Assembly (NCBI GenBank): GCA_965208125.1
Contig: OZ242320.1
Span: forward strand, 2,560,001-2,624,000
Reading direction: 5' to 3'
Source of the DNA: Candidatus Latescibacterota bacterium
GTDB taxonomy: Bacteria; Latescibacterota; UBA2968
Length of the DNA stretch: 64,000 nucleotides
Positions within the stretch are counted from its first letter, which is position 1. Every line of letters starts with the position of its first letter. Both the position numbers and the translations under genes were made by a program. Of this stretch, positions 9,730 through 20,045 are shown in pieces. The notes under the pieces were generated by a model. The model saw only the letters and a program-made list of their open reading frames with translations. It made no database searches and had not been told where the DNA came from.

Positions 9730-10920
9730 TTGAATAATCCAATTTCTGAGTGGAATAAGGATTTTCGTTTGCTGGCGCTTGCGGTTGCTTCGCAGGGGAT
9801 TTTTTTTGGCGTACAGTTGACGCTTTACAACAATTTTGTTGTTGATCGCCTGAATATCGACGCGCACGAATTGGGGTATGTGGAAGCCCTGCGCGAGGTG
9901 TCGGGGTTTATGAATGCGTTTTTTGTCGCGCTGATGGTGCGATTCGCACCTCCTGTTGTGGCTGCGATTTCGCTGATGGTTATGGGTGCGGGCATTATGG
10001 CTTATGCCCAGGTTGATTCGGTTTTTTTGCTGGCGGTGTATTCGTTTGTGTGGGGTGTGGGTTTTCACTGCTGGATACCGATGGAGCAGTCGATGGCGCT
10101 GCTTTTTTCGCCAGGGGGTAAGAAGGGGAAGTGGTTGGGGCAGTTGCGCAGTGTGAATAGTGTGGCGTGGTTGTTGTCTATTCTGATTTGTAAATTGGCT
10201 TATGATTTTGTCGGGTACAATGGTTTGTTTATTATGGCGGGTGCTGCTACTGTGGGCGGTGGTTTTGCCATTTTGTTTGCGTCTCGCAGGCGGCCGCCCC
10301 ACGAGCGGAGTTTTGTGTTTAAGCGGCGGTATGGTCTGTATTACGCGCTGAATTTTCTGCAGGGTATGCGGAAGCAGATGTTTATTACGTTTGCGATTTT
10401 TGCTCTGGTGAAGATACACGGGATGCCCGTGCATACGACGATGATTCTGGTGTTGATGAATCAGACGTTGATTACGCTGACTGCGCCGACGATGGGCAAG
10501 TTGGTGGATCAGTACGGCGAGCGGAAGATGCTGTCGCTCAGTTATATCGGGTTGACTTTTGTGTTTGTGGGATACGCGGTGGTGACGCATCGCCCCACGC
10601 TGTACGTTTTGTATTGTGTCGATAATATTATCTTTTTTGGCGGGATCGCGCTGACGACGTATTTGCACAAGATCGCGCCGGAGTCGGATCTCAAGCCGTC
10701 GCTTGCGATGGGTGTGACGATGAATCATGTGGCTTCGGTCGCGGCACCGCTTTTGGGCGGTTTCGCCTGGCACTATTTTGGCTATCAGGTGATTTTCTTT
10801 AGCGGTGCTGTTCTGGCTCTGATTTCGCTGATTGTGAGTCAATGGGTCGATCCCGAGGGGCAGCTTCAGCGGGAGCGGGAGAAGATGCCCGGTGGCGTGG
10901 CTGCACAACCTGTGTCGTGA
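9730..10920 (+). CDS. MFS transporter
   Basis: About 12 hydrophobic segments, GKLVDQYGERK motif A; TTG start after AAGGAGG. Confidence 0.85.
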   Translation: MNNPISEWNKDFRLLALAVASQGIFFGVQLTLYNNFVVDRLNIDAHELGYVEALREVSGFMNAFFVALMVRFAPPVVAAISLMVMGAGIMAYAQVDSVFLLAVYSFVWGVGFHCWIPMEQSMALLFSPGGKKGKWLGQLRSVNSVAWLLSILICKLAYDFVGYNGLFIMAGAATVGGGFAILFASRRRPPHERSFVFKRRYGLYYALNFLQGMRKQMFITFAIFALVKIHGMPVHTTMILVLMNQTLITLTAPTMGKLVDQYGERKMLSLSYIGLTFVFVGYAVVTHRPTLYVLYCVDNIIFFGGIALTTYLHKIAPESDLKPSLAMGVTMNHVASVAAPLLGGFAWHYFGYQVIFFSGAVLALISLIVSQWVDPEGQLQREREKMPGGVAAQPVS

Positions 10921-10951
10921 CCACCTAAGAACGCAGATGAAACGCGATGGT

Positions 10952-11010
10952 GTAGGGACAGGTTCCCCAACCCAACCAATTGTAGGGGCGGGTTTCCCAA
11001 CCCGCCCGAC
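10952..11010 (+). repeat. Two tandem GTAG-type REP units
   Basis: GTAGGGACAGGTTCCCCAACC and GTAGGGGCGGGTTTCCCAACCCGCCC. Confidence 0.65.
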
Positions 11011-11021
11011 GGAGACGTCCG

Positions 11022-12956
11022 ATGTCAGATAATGCGTTTGATACATGGGAACCAATTGTTGAAGATGACGAGGCGATCCGAGCGGCGTTGGAGGATGCGA
11101 ATATTCCCGCGTTGATGGTTTCTCTGGTGCATTTGACCGGGGATATGGGCATTGTTCGGGGGGAGATTCGTCCGCGGGCGAGGAATCTGGCGGATCCACA
11201 GGCGGGTGTGAAAGAGGATCAGCAGACGGTTGTCCGGGAGATCGCTTTTGAGGTGTTGAAGGCCTATCGGGATCGCGGTTGTACTCTGCCACCTGCACCG
11301 GGTCGGGCGCGGGTTTGGGAGATGATGAATTTTATGATTGGGGAGGAGATTCCCGAAGATTACGGGGCGTTTTTGGAGGGGGAGTTGTCTTTAAATGGCG
11401 AGGATCCTTTTGTGCCTCCGGGTATGGATGATTTGCCCGGGGATAAGAAGCGGGATTTTCGCGTTTTGATTATTGGGGCGGGGATGTCCGGGTTGCTGGC
11501 GGCGCATCGGCTTCAAGAGGCGGGGATTTCGTTTACGGTGGTGGAGAAGAATGCCGATGTGGGTGGCACATGGCTGGAGAATACGTATCCGGGATGCCGC
11601 GTTGATAGTCCGAATCACTCGTATTCCTATTCTTTTGTGCCCAAAAATTGGCCGCAGTATTTTTCCACGCAGCAGGTGCTCCTCGATTATTTCAGGCAGT
11701 TTGCAGAGGATTTTCATCTGCGCGAGCATGTCCGGTTTCAGACAGAGGTGGTGTGTGGTCGTTTTGATGAAGAGAGTAAGGTCTGGAAGGTTGAGGTGCG
11801 GGACAAAGAGGGGGTGCGGCAGACGATTGAGGCGAATGCCATTATCAGTGCTGTGGGGCAACTCAATCGCCCGAAGTTGCCGGATATTGCGGGGCGCGAG
11901 AGCTATCGGGGGGTTGCATTTCATTCTGCGCGATGGCCGCGGGAATGCGATTTGACGGATAAGTGCGTTGGTGTGATTGGTACGGGTGCGAGTGCATTTC
12001 AGTTTGTGCCGGAGATTGCAAAGCAGGCGCGCGAGGTTTTTGTGTTTCAGCGCACGCCGCCCTGGATTCAGCCCAATCCGCATTATCACGCGGATGTGCC
12101 AGAGGGGCAGCACTATCTCTTGAATCATGTGCCGTTTTACGCCAAGTGGTTTCGGCTGTTTATGTTCTGGCGTTCGGCAGAGGGGATGCTCGGTGCGGCG
12201 AAAAAGGATCCGGCGTGGCCGCATCAGGAACGTGCGGTGAGTAAGGCGAATGACAAGGTGCGCCAGCGGATTATAGAATATATCGAGTCGGTGCTGGGCG
12301 ACGATCCCGAGTTGATGCAGAAGTGTATTCCGGATTTTCCGCCAGCCGGTAAGCGCATGTTGTGGGACAATGGCCTGTGGTTGCATACTTTGAAGCGAGA
12401 GAATGTGCATCTTATTACGGATTCGATTGAGAGGATTACGGAGTCTGGTTTGGAGACGCGGTCGGGTGAGGGCTATGATTTTGATGTGCTGATTTACGGT
12501 ACGGGATTTCAGCCGAGTCGGATGTTGTGGCCGATGACGTTTGAGGGGATTGGGCGCAGGGATTTACAGGCGCATTGGGATGGCGATCCGCGCGCGTATA
12601 AAGGCGTTTCTATTCCGGGATTTCCCAACTTTTTTTGTATGTATGGGCCAAATACGAATATTGTTGTGAATGGCAGTATTATCTTTTTTTCCGAGTGCGA
12701 GATGAGGTATATCCTGGGGTGTATCAAGTTGCTGATTGAGACGGGATGCGCTGCGATGGATTGCAAACGGGATGTTCACGATCGGTATAATGAGCGCATT
12801 GATGCGGGTAATCTGGAGATGGCATGGGGTGCGCCAAATGTTCGGAGTTGGTATAAGAACGAGGCTGGGCGGGTGACGCAAAATTGGCCGTTTTCAATGC
12901 ACGAGTTCTGGAAGCAGACGCGGGCACCCGATTCCGGGGATTATGTGTTTATTTAG
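11022..12956 (+). CDS. Baeyer-Villiger monooxygenase, 4-hydroxyacetophenone monooxygenase-like
   Basis: GAGMSG, GGTWLENTYPG, BVMO fingerprint YRGVAFHSARWP, GTGASA, ~140-aa N-terminal extension. Confidence 0.88.
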   Translation: MSDNAFDTWEPIVEDDEAIRAALEDANIPALMVSLVHLTGDMGIVRGEIRPRARNLADPQAGVKEDQQTVVREIAFEVLKAYRDRGCTLPPAPGRARVWEMMNFMIGEEIPEDYGAFLEGELSLNGEDPFVPPGMDDLPGDKKRDFRVLIIGAGMSGLLAAHRLQEAGISFTVVEKNADVGGTWLENTYPGCRVDSPNHSYSYSFVPKNWPQYFSTQQVLLDYFRQFAEDFHLREHVRFQTEVVCGRFDEESKVWKVEVRDKEGVRQTIEANAIISAVGQLNRPKLPDIAGRESYRGVAFHSARWPRECDLTDKCVGVIGTGASAFQFVPEIAKQAREVFVFQRTPPWIQPNPHYHADVPEGQHYLLNHVPFYAKWFRLFMFWRSAEGMLGAAKKDPAWPHQERAVSKANDKVRQRIIEYIESVLGDDPELMQKCIPDFPPAGKRMLWDNGLWLHTLKRENVHLITDSIERITESGLETRSGEGYDFDVLIYGTGFQPSRMLWPMTFEGIGRRDLQAHWDGDPRAYKGVSIPGFPNFFCMYGPNTNIVVNGSIIFFSECEMRYILGCIKLLIETGCAAMDCKRDVHDRYNERIDAGNLEMAWGAPNVRSWYKNEAGRVTQNWPFSMHEFWKQTRAPDSGDYVFI

Positions 12957-12962
12957 ATTCTC

Positions 12963-15389
12963 ATGTTCTCCAACTATTTCACCATCGCATGCCGCAACCT
13001 GTGGTCGCACAAGCGCGATACGCTGATCAATTTGCTCAGTCTTATTGTGGGGCTGTCGTGTTGTGTGATGGCGATTGTGATTATTTTTTTCGAGATGAGC
13101 TATGACCGGTTTCATCCGGATGTGCATCGCATTTATCGGGTTTTGCGGGAGCGGGTGAGCAATGAGCAGACGCAGGTGCGGTGGCTGACTTCGGGGGCGC
13201 TCGCCCGGACACTTGAGGCGGAGATGCCCGAGGTTGAGTTGGCGTCCAAGAATCGCATTTATCCGGTTGTGGTGCGTTTTGAGGATCGAGAATTTACGCT
13301 GGCGCAGGGGCAGGTTGATGACCGGTTTTTTGAGTTGTTTCACTTTCCTTTTTTAACTGGTGATGCCAGTGCGCTGTTGCAGCCGTATCGGGTTGCGATT
13401 ACGCAATCAGCAGCAGAGAAGTTGTTTGGCAAGGTTGATCCTATAGGCAAAGTTATTACTATTCGCGAGCGGTATTACGGTGGCGATTATACGGTTGCCG
13501 CTGTTTTGCAAACGCCTCCGAGTTTTTCGTCCCTTCAGTTTGATTTGTTGCATTTTACCGATGGGCGGACAGTGGAGGCTATTTTTGATTGGACGCAGTG
13601 GCAAGGGCGGGTGCAACAGGCGGGTATTGAGACTTTTGTGCGTTTGCGTGAAGGGGTCGATGCGGGTGAATTCGAAGCAAAAGTGTCGGGTGTTATTGAA
13701 CGGCACATGGGCGCGGATGTGCGCCGCATTCTTTCGTTTCGCTTGCAGCCTCTTGGACGGTTGCATTTATATGGGGTGCAGGATTACAATTTGTCTTCGG
13801 GTGGCAATGTCCAGGCGCTCTATCTTTTTGCAGCGATTGCTGTGCTGGTGCTGGCGATTGCGGCAATCAATTTTGTCAATCTCGCTACGGCGCGTTCGAT
13901 GTATCGAGCGCGCGAGGTGGGGATGCGGAAGGTGGTTGGGGCGCGTCGCGGTCAGTTGATTCAGCAGTTTTTGTGCGAGACGGTTTTGCTGGCGTTGCTG
14001 GCTGTGGTTGTAGCCGTGCCCATTGCGCGTATCGTACTGTTGGAAATCAGCGCGCGGACGGACGCGCATTACGCGCTTGACGCGCCGATGCTGTTCGTGC
14101 TCTTGCCGGGTCTTTTTGCGCTTGCCGTGTTCGTGGGGTTGATGGCGGGAATGTATCCCGCGTTTTATTTTTCGGGGTTTCGTCCGGCTGATGTGCTTAA
14201 GGGCGTCGCGCATTTGCAGGGTGCGCGGCTTCGGCAGGTTCTGGTTGTGACGCAATTTGCCATTGCTATTTTGCTTATGATTGTTACGGATGTTATTTAT
14301 AGGCAACTGGACTATATTCAGCACAAGGATCTGGGTTTTGATAAAGAGCATCTCGTTTTGTTGCCTATTTTTAAGCTGGATCGCCGGCTCAAGACCAATC
14401 ATGATCCCTGGCTTGTGGCGCAGTACAATGCTGTAAAGCAGGCGTTTTTGGTACATCCCAATGTTGTTTCGGTGTCTGCTTTTCGCTTTTTGCCCGGGCA
14501 AGATGGCGGTGGTTTTGTGAGGATTGTCAAGCCAGAAGGTCAGGATCATACCGAGTGGCGGATGCCCGTGCAGGAGGCTGATGAAGATTTTTTTGCTACT
14601 TTCGGTGTGTCCATTTTGGCTGGTCGCACGTTTTCGCCCGGGATTGAGCGCGACCGCACGCATGCGTATATTCTCAATGAGACCGCTGTGCGCGCGCTTG
14701 GGTGGACAGTGGAGGATGCCGTGGGGCGGCGTTTTGGACGGGCGCGTTCAGAAGAGGATGCCAAAGGTACTGTGATTGGTGTGATTGCAGATTTTCACTA
14801 TGCATCTCTTCGAGAACCGATTGGACCGGCGGTTTTTGCCTATCGCCAGTGGTTTTACGATTATCTGGCGCTGCGGGTGCGCGATTTTTCAGGGGTTCGA
14901 CCTTTTCTTGAGGAGGCCTGGGATACGTTTATGCCAGCCGATAAGCCTTTTGAATTTACATTTCTGGATGAGGAACTCGATGCGATTTATCGGGTGGAAA
15001 GGGTTTTGGGGCAGGCTGTTACCGCTTTTGCCGGGTTGGTGTGTTTGCTGGCGTGTTTGGGTTTGTTCGGTCTGGCGGCTTTTACGGCTGAACGCCGCAG
15101 GCGCGAGATCGGCATTCGCAAGGTGCTCGGTGCGTCTGTTTCAAGTGTTGTTTTGTTGTTGTCCAAAGCGTTTTTGAAGCTGGTGCTTGTCGCCAATCTC
15201 ATTGCCTGGCCCATTGCTTATTATTTGACAAATATCTATTTGCAAAATTTTGCGTATCGCACATCTTTCAGTTTGTGGCCGTTTGTGTTTGCGGGTTTGC
15301 TTGCGCTTTTAATTGCGCTTTTGACCGTTGGTACGCAGGCGTTCAGAGTGGCGCATACCAATCCCGTGGAAATACTGAGGCATGAATAG
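12963..15389 (+). CDS. ABC transporter permease, duplicated MacB/FtsX type
   Basis: INFVNLATARS..RAREVGMRKVVGA, KDLGFDKE, RRREIGIRKVLGAS, NPVEILRHE. Confidence 0.92.
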   Translation: MFSNYFTIACRNLWSHKRDTLINLLSLIVGLSCCVMAIVIIFFEMSYDRFHPDVHRIYRVLRERVSNEQTQVRWLTSGALARTLEAEMPEVELASKNRIYPVVVRFEDREFTLAQGQVDDRFFELFHFPFLTGDASALLQPYRVAITQSAAEKLFGKVDPIGKVITIRERYYGGDYTVAAVLQTPPSFSSLQFDLLHFTDGRTVEAIFDWTQWQGRVQQAGIETFVRLREGVDAGEFEAKVSGVIERHMGADVRRILSFRLQPLGRLHLYGVQDYNLSSGGNVQALYLFAAIAVLVLAIAAINFVNLATARSMYRAREVGMRKVVGARRGQLIQQFLCETVLLALLAVVVAVPIARIVLLEISARTDAHYALDAPMLFVLLPGLFALAVFVGLMAGMYPAFYFSGFRPADVLKGVAHLQGARLRQVLVVTQFAIAILLMIVTDVIYRQLDYIQHKDLGFDKEHLVLLPIFKLDRRLKTNHDPWLVAQYNAVKQAFLVHPNVVSVSAFRFLPGQDGGGFVRIVKPEGQDHTEWRMPVQEADEDFFATFGVSILAGRTFSPGIERDRTHAYILNETAVRALGWTVEDAVGRRFGRARSEEDAKGTVIGVIADFHYASLREPIGPAVFAYRQWFYDYLALRVRDFSGVRPFLEEAWDTFMPADKPFEFTFLDEELDAIYRVERVLGQAVTAFAGLVCLLACLGLFGLAAFTAERRRREIGIRKVLGASVSSVVLLLSKAFLKLVLVANLIAWPIAYYLTNIYLQNFAYRTSFSLWPFVFAGLLALLIALLTVGTQAFRVAHTNPVEILRHE

Positions 15390-15458
15390 GTGTGTAACTG
15401 GCCGTTCCCCGGGCCAATTCATAAATCCTATCCATCAACCCAGCCTATCAATCAGCAT

Positions 15459-15512
15459 CGTCATTGCGGCATGGTGTTAGCCGCCACGCGCAAGCACAAC
15501 GCCAGTAATCCA
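15459..15512 (+). repeat. CGTC-type REP-like element, long form, copy 2
   Basis: Near-identical to 4872-4925. Confidence 0.8.
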
Positions 15513-15590
15513 GAGGAACTCACGCCTTGCTAACACGTATAATATTGAAATTGTAATATTGAAATTGATCACTACTATGGAGGTCCTCAC

Positions 15591-16010
15591 ATGTTCTTCA
15601 CACTTCTCATCATCACTCTCGTAGTCGCCGCTCTGGTGTCTTTTATCGCTGTGCGTGCATTTAGCAGCGCTATCAATAGTATTCTTCACCGGCTTATTGA
15701 TGATGCGATAGCAAGTGCGTGGGTGCGCTATATGAAGTTTGCGATTTTTGTGGTGGGTATTTCTGGCGGTGTGCGTGTTCGTTCGCTGGAGCGTTATATT
15801 TTGCCGCAGGAGCATTTCGATTCCGCAGGTGAATCCCGCGATATGCCTCCCTTTGAGCTGACTACCGAACGGTGGGTGCTCGAGATATATCGCACGATTA
15901 TCGAGTCTCTGCAATCTATCGCGTGGATGTTGCTTGTCTTTTTTATTGTTTCACTCGGTATGTACATTGTCGTGCGTATCTTTGAAATGCGCCGAGGGAC
16001 GAACGCGTGA
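15591..16010 (+). CDS. Hypothetical membrane protein (about 3 TM segments)
   Basis: GGAGG RBS, three hydrophobic segments. Confidence 0.75.
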   Translation: MFFTLLIITLVVAALVSFIAVRAFSSAINSILHRLIDDAIASAWVRYMKFAIFVVGISGGVRVRSLERYILPQEHFDSAGESRDMPPFELTTERWVLEIYRTIIESLQSIAWMLLVFFIVSLGMYIVVRIFEMRRGTNA

Positions 16011-16081
16011 TGAGCAGAGAGGGGCGATAAAGCGGTGGACATCGGATTGCAGAGAATTATATTGGCGCAAAGGGGTCTGGT

Positions 16082-16612
16082 ATGGAGAAAATAGAGAAAA
16101 AAGTGATACCGGGCTGGACCGGGAGATGCTATGAGGATTTCGAGGTAGGCGAGGTCTATCGAAGCCGGTTCGGGCGGACGGTGACGACGGCTGACAACCA
16201 GCTGTTCACGCACCTGACCCTGAATACCAATCCGCTTCATTTTGACGAGGAATACGCCCGCCGGACGCGGTGGGGAAAGATCCTGGTGAACAGCACGTTT
16301 ACGCTCGCGCTGGTCGTGGGAATGAGTGTCCCGGACGTGAGCGAGCGGGCGATGGCGAATCTGGGTTGGAGCGAGATCCGGCTTCCGAATCCGGTATTTG
16401 TGGGAGATACGCTCTATTGCGAGACGGAGGTGCTCGCCAGGCGGGAGTCGAAGTCGTACCCGGAAGCGGGTATCGTGAAGGTGCGCACGCGGGGCGTGAA
16501 TCAGGATGGCCGCGTCGTCGTAGATCTGACTCGTAGCGTGATGGTCTATAAGCGGGCGCACGCGCCGTTGGAGGATGCCTTTCCCGAAATTCACGAGGAG
16601 AAAGACGAGTGA
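16082..16612 (+). CDS. MaoC family (R)-hydratase, RipB/itaconyl-CoA hydratase-like
   Basis: GRCYEDFEVG, RTVTTADN, NTNPLHFD, ANLGW, PVFVGDTLY, RRESKS. Confidence 0.88.
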   Translation: MEKIEKKVIPGWTGRCYEDFEVGEVYRSRFGRTVTTADNQLFTHLTLNTNPLHFDEEYARRTRWGKILVNSTFTLALVVGMSVPDVSERAMANLGWSEIRLPNPVFVGDTLYCETEVLARRESKSYPEAGIVKVRTRGVNQDGRVVVDLTRSVMVYKRAHAPLEDAFPEIHEEKDE

Positions 16613-17466
16613 AGTCGATGCGGTCCTGGCTTTTTGTACCGGGGTACTGGCAGCGTATGATCGACAAGGCTCTGGGCCTGCCGGCGGATGTGCTGATATT
16701 CGATCTGGAGGACGGCGTCCCGGAGGCTGAGAAGGATGTTGCGCGCAGTCGTGTCGCTGCCGCGCTGGACGGCGCGCGTGGCGGCCCAACGCAATTCGTT
16801 AGGGTTCACGATGCCGGTTCCTCCGAATTGGATGCCGATCTGCAGGCGATCGCGCGTGCGGGGTTGCAGGGACTCGTATTGCCCAAAGTGCAGGGACCGG
16901 AGGATGTGCTTCAGGTGTGCCAGTGGCTGGACCAGCACGAGACCAGAGCGGGTATTCCATCTGGAGGCGTCAGGCTTCTGGCGACCATTGAGAGTGCCCG
17001 GGGTCTGGTTCAGGCGCCTGCGATCGCATCCGTTACACCCAGGCTGGTGGGGCTCATGTTCGGCGCGGAGGATTTCGCGCTGGATCTGGGCCTTTTTTCG
17101 CACCCGGGACAGGGATTGGTCAATTACGCTCGGTCGGCGCTGGCGGTGGCTTCAGCAAGCGGACAAATCCGGGCTATAGACAAGGTGTTTACGGACATCA
17201 GCGATCCTGACGGGCTGGCCGCGGAGGCGCGGCGGGCCAGGGATCTGGGGTTTGTCGGAAAAGCCGTAATTCATCCGGGTCAGGTTGGGGTGGTGAATGA
17301 AATTTTCGGTCCCACGGAGGTCGAGGAGAGGTGGGCACGGCGAATTGTTGAGGCTTTTGAAGGGCGGGCGGACGAAGGCCCGGCGACCGTGGATGGCCGG
17401 ATGGTAGATAGGCCGATTCTGGAACGGGCGCGATGGATTCTGGATCGCCTTGAGGAAGAGGGTTAA
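16609..17466 (+). CDS. CitE/HpcH family acyl-CoA lyase
   Basis: RSWLFVPG, FDLEDGV, LPKV, IESARG, GAEDF, GKAVIHPGQV, VDGRMVD. Confidence 0.9.
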   Translation: MKSMRSWLFVPGYWQRMIDKALGLPADVLIFDLEDGVPEAEKDVARSRVAAALDGARGGPTQFVRVHDAGSSELDADLQAIARAGLQGLVLPKVQGPEDVLQVCQWLDQHETRAGIPSGGVRLLATIESARGLVQAPAIASVTPRLVGLMFGAEDFALDLGLFSHPGQGLVNYARSALAVASASGQIRAIDKVFTDISDPDGLAAEARRARDLGFVGKAVIHPGQVGVVNEIFGPTEVEERWARRIVEAFEGRADEGPATVDGRMVDRPILERARWILDRLEEEG

Positions 17467-17467
17467 C

Positions 17468-18673
17468 TTGCACGATCAAAACCAACATCCACCCCTGAAT
17501 GGAATAAGGATTGTCTCGGTGGAGCAGTTCGGGGCGGGGCCGTGGGCAACGATGATGTTGGCGGACCTTGGGGCGGAGATCATCAAAGTCGAGAATCCCG
17601 AGACGGGTGGCGATGTCGCGCGTTACGTGCCACCCTATACCGCTGAACAGGATAGCGTGTATTTTCAGAGTTTCAACCGGAACAAGAAGAGTATGACGCT
17701 GAATTTGCAGCATCCAGGAGGACGGGAGGTGTTGCATCGGCTGGTGGGGATTTCGGATGGGGTGTTCAACAACCTGCGCGGAGATCTTCCGGCCCGGCTG
17801 GGTCTGGACTATCCGGCGCTGAGTGCGGTTAAGGCTTCAATTGTGTGTTGCTCGCTTTCCGCGTTCGGGCGGCGTGGGTCTCGAGCGGGCGAACCGGGAT
17901 ACGATTATCTGATGCAGGGATATGCCGGATGGATGAGTCTTACGGGCGAGCCAGATGGCCCACCGACGAAAACAGGACTTTCCCTCGTGGATCTCGGTGC
18001 AGGCACCATGGCGTCTCTGGGCATGGTCAGCGCGATTTTCCGCGCCAGACAGACGGGTTTGGGGTGCGATGTAGATGTGAATCTGTTCGATACGGCACTG
18101 GCGAATCTGGGATATGTGGCGGCGTGGTTCCTGACCAGAGGGTATCAGGCGCATCGGACGCCCGATTCTTCTCATCCGTCACAGATCCCGTCGCAGGTGG
18201 TGCCGACCAGGGACGGATGGCTCGTGATCATGTGCGCAAAGGAGAAGTTTTTTCAAAATCTGGTACGCGTTCTGGGGGTGCCGGAACTGTCGGAAGATCC
18301 CCGGTTCTGCTCTTTTGCGGATCGCCTGGAGAACCGGGATGTTCTGGTTCCGATTCTGAAGGATCTCTTCCGCAAGAAGACAACCGACGATTGGCTGGCG
18401 CTGCTCAAGGGCAAGGTGCCTTGCGCGCCCGTGAATACGGTTGAACAGGCTTTTGCCGACCCGCAGGTGGCCGAGGATAATATGATACTGGAGTTGCCGC
18501 ATCCGGATTTCGGAGTCGTCCGGGTGGTGGCGAGTCCCATAGAGGTCGGTGGCGGATCGATTGAACCCCGGCGCGGGCCTTCACTGGGAGAACACAACGA
18601 GTCGGTCTTGGGCGAATATCTGGGATATTCAATGCCAGAGATTGAGAAACTCCGAAGCGACGGTGCCATTTGA
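17468..18673 (+). CDS. CaiB/BaiF family III CoA-transferase
   Basis: PLNGIRIV, AGPWA..LADLGAEIIKVE, NRNKKS, GYDYLMQ; probable TTG start at 17468. Confidence 0.92.
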   Translation: MHDQNQHPPLNGIRIVSVEQFGAGPWATMMLADLGAEIIKVENPETGGDVARYVPPYTAEQDSVYFQSFNRNKKSMTLNLQHPGGREVLHRLVGISDGVFNNLRGDLPARLGLDYPALSAVKASIVCCSLSAFGRRGSRAGEPGYDYLMQGYAGWMSLTGEPDGPPTKTGLSLVDLGAGTMASLGMVSAIFRARQTGLGCDVDVNLFDTALANLGYVAAWFLTRGYQAHRTPDSSHPSQIPSQVVPTRDGWLVIMCAKEKFFQNLVRVLGVPELSEDPRFCSFADRLENRDVLVPILKDLFRKKTTDDWLALLKGKVPCAPVNTVEQAFADPQVAEDNMILELPHPDFGVVRVVASPIEVGGGSIEPRRGPSLGEHNESVLGEYLGYSMPEIEKLRSDGAI

Positions 18674-18677
18674 ATTT

Positions 18678-20045
18678 TCATGCATTGGGCAACTCCGTTC
18701 GCAACACAAGTTTTTCCTCGGGTGTTCCCGCGCCTTTTAATACTTCCAGATACGCTTGGTGCAGTCGCTGTGCTTCGGCCATGTTTTGCTGGTTATACAC
18801 GTTGTGCTTTTGCGCGAGGTCTGTTTGCAGGTCGTATAATTCCGCAGGCCAGTTGGGGCCGCGATAGTGCAAGGTCCAGTTGCCGTCTGTGATGCTGGAG
18901 CATACGCTTCTGTCTTCGCGCACTGGCAGGGTTGCCGATGTGACGGCGACTTTTCGTTGTTCTTCTGCTTTTTCGCCTTTCAGTATGGGGGCGACTGATA
19001 TCCCGTGTAGTCCATCGGGTTTTTTTATGCCTGCCAGATCGAGTATTGTGGGCATGAAATCGACGGGTTGTGTTAAGACTTTTGTGCGTTTTCCCGCTGC
19101 GTTGCTGCCGGGCACATATCCCATGAAGGCCGTGTGGGATACTTCTTCGTAATAGGGCCAGTCGCCGTCTGGTCCCTGTCCGCTTTTGCCAATGCGTCCG
19201 TGGTCGCCGATGTAATGTCCGTGATCAGACATGAAGATCACGGCTGTGTCTTCCCAGAGATTCAGGTTTTCTACTTTTTCCAACAGGTGACCGACCCAGG
19301 TGTCCATGAGTGTGACTTCACCTGCGTATAGCGCCCGCGTGTGTTTGATTTCTTCTGCGCTCAGGTAATCGCAATAGTCGTAAATGGGATGGTCGATGAC
19401 TTCACCTGCGTATCCGGGGTTGTACATATTGACGTAGTGCGCGGGGGGATCCCACGGTTCGTGAGGGTCAAAGGTGTCGATGTAGAGGAAGAATTTTTCG
19501 TGGGTGTGGTTTGCTTCCAGCCAGTCTGCGGCGCGTTGCATGGTGCGTGCGACAAAGGTGTCGCGTTCTGTTTCCCAGTGTGCTGCACGCCAGCGATAGT
19601 GATATTGTTGCATGCGCTCAGGTGTGCGAATTTTTTCGGGGACTGATTCGAAGGGGACGGGTATATCGTCTGTGATTGAGCGGTCGCCTTCTTGCCCGCG
19701 AATCCATTCCCAGCCCAAAAACCCGCGGTCAAATTGATGTCCGTCTCTTACGAGATGTGGTGTGTCACATAAGAGCATGGTTACATATCCCGCGTCTGTG
19801 AGGAGTTCGGCTAAGATGATTTCATCTTCGGGGAGCGGTGTCCAGCCGCGGAAGGGAAAAGTGAGTCTGCCGGTCATCATGTCTGTGCGCGTGGGTATTG
19901 TTGGAAACGACGCTTGATATGCGCGGTCAAAGACCATGCAGCGTTTGGAGAATGCGTCTATATGCGGCGTGCGGATCCAGTTATTGCCATGACACCCCAG
20001 GTGATCGTAGCGCAGGGTGTCGGACATTACGACGATGATATTCAT
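18678..20045 (-). CDS. Sulfatase-fold hydrolase with Thr at the formylglycine position
   Basis: MNIIVVMSDTLRYD, TIPTR in place of (C/S)xPxR, DPHEPWDPP, SDHG, ELYDL. Confidence 0.85.
   Translation of the reverse strand: MNIIVVMSDTLRYDHLGCHGNNWIRTPHIDAFSKRCMVFDRAYQASFPTIPTRTDMMTGRLTFPFRGWTPLPEDEIILAELLTDAGYVTMLLCDTPHLVRDGHQFDRGFLGWEWIRGQEGDRSITDDIPVPFESVPEKIRTPERMQQYHYRWRAAHWETERDTFVARTMQRAADWLEANHTHEKFFLYIDTFDPHEPWDPPAHYVNMYNPGYAGEVIDHPIYDYCDYLSAEEIKHTRALYAGEVTLMDTWVGHLLEKVENLNLWEDTAVIFMSDHGHYIGDHGRIGKSGQGPDGDWPYYEEVSHTAFMGYVPGSNAAGKRTKVLTQPVDFMPTILDLAGIKKPDGLHGISVAPILKGEKAEEQRKVAVTSATLPVREDRSVCSSITDGNWTLHYRGPNWPAELYDLQTDLAQKHNVYNQQNMAEAQRLHQAYLEVLKGAGTPEEKLVLRTELPNA

Noticed and set aside
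9682-11298. 538-aa minus-strand ORF
   Set aside because: Antisense shadow of the MFS and BVMO genes; H/Q/R/P-rich with no motifs, as expected from the G/T codon bias
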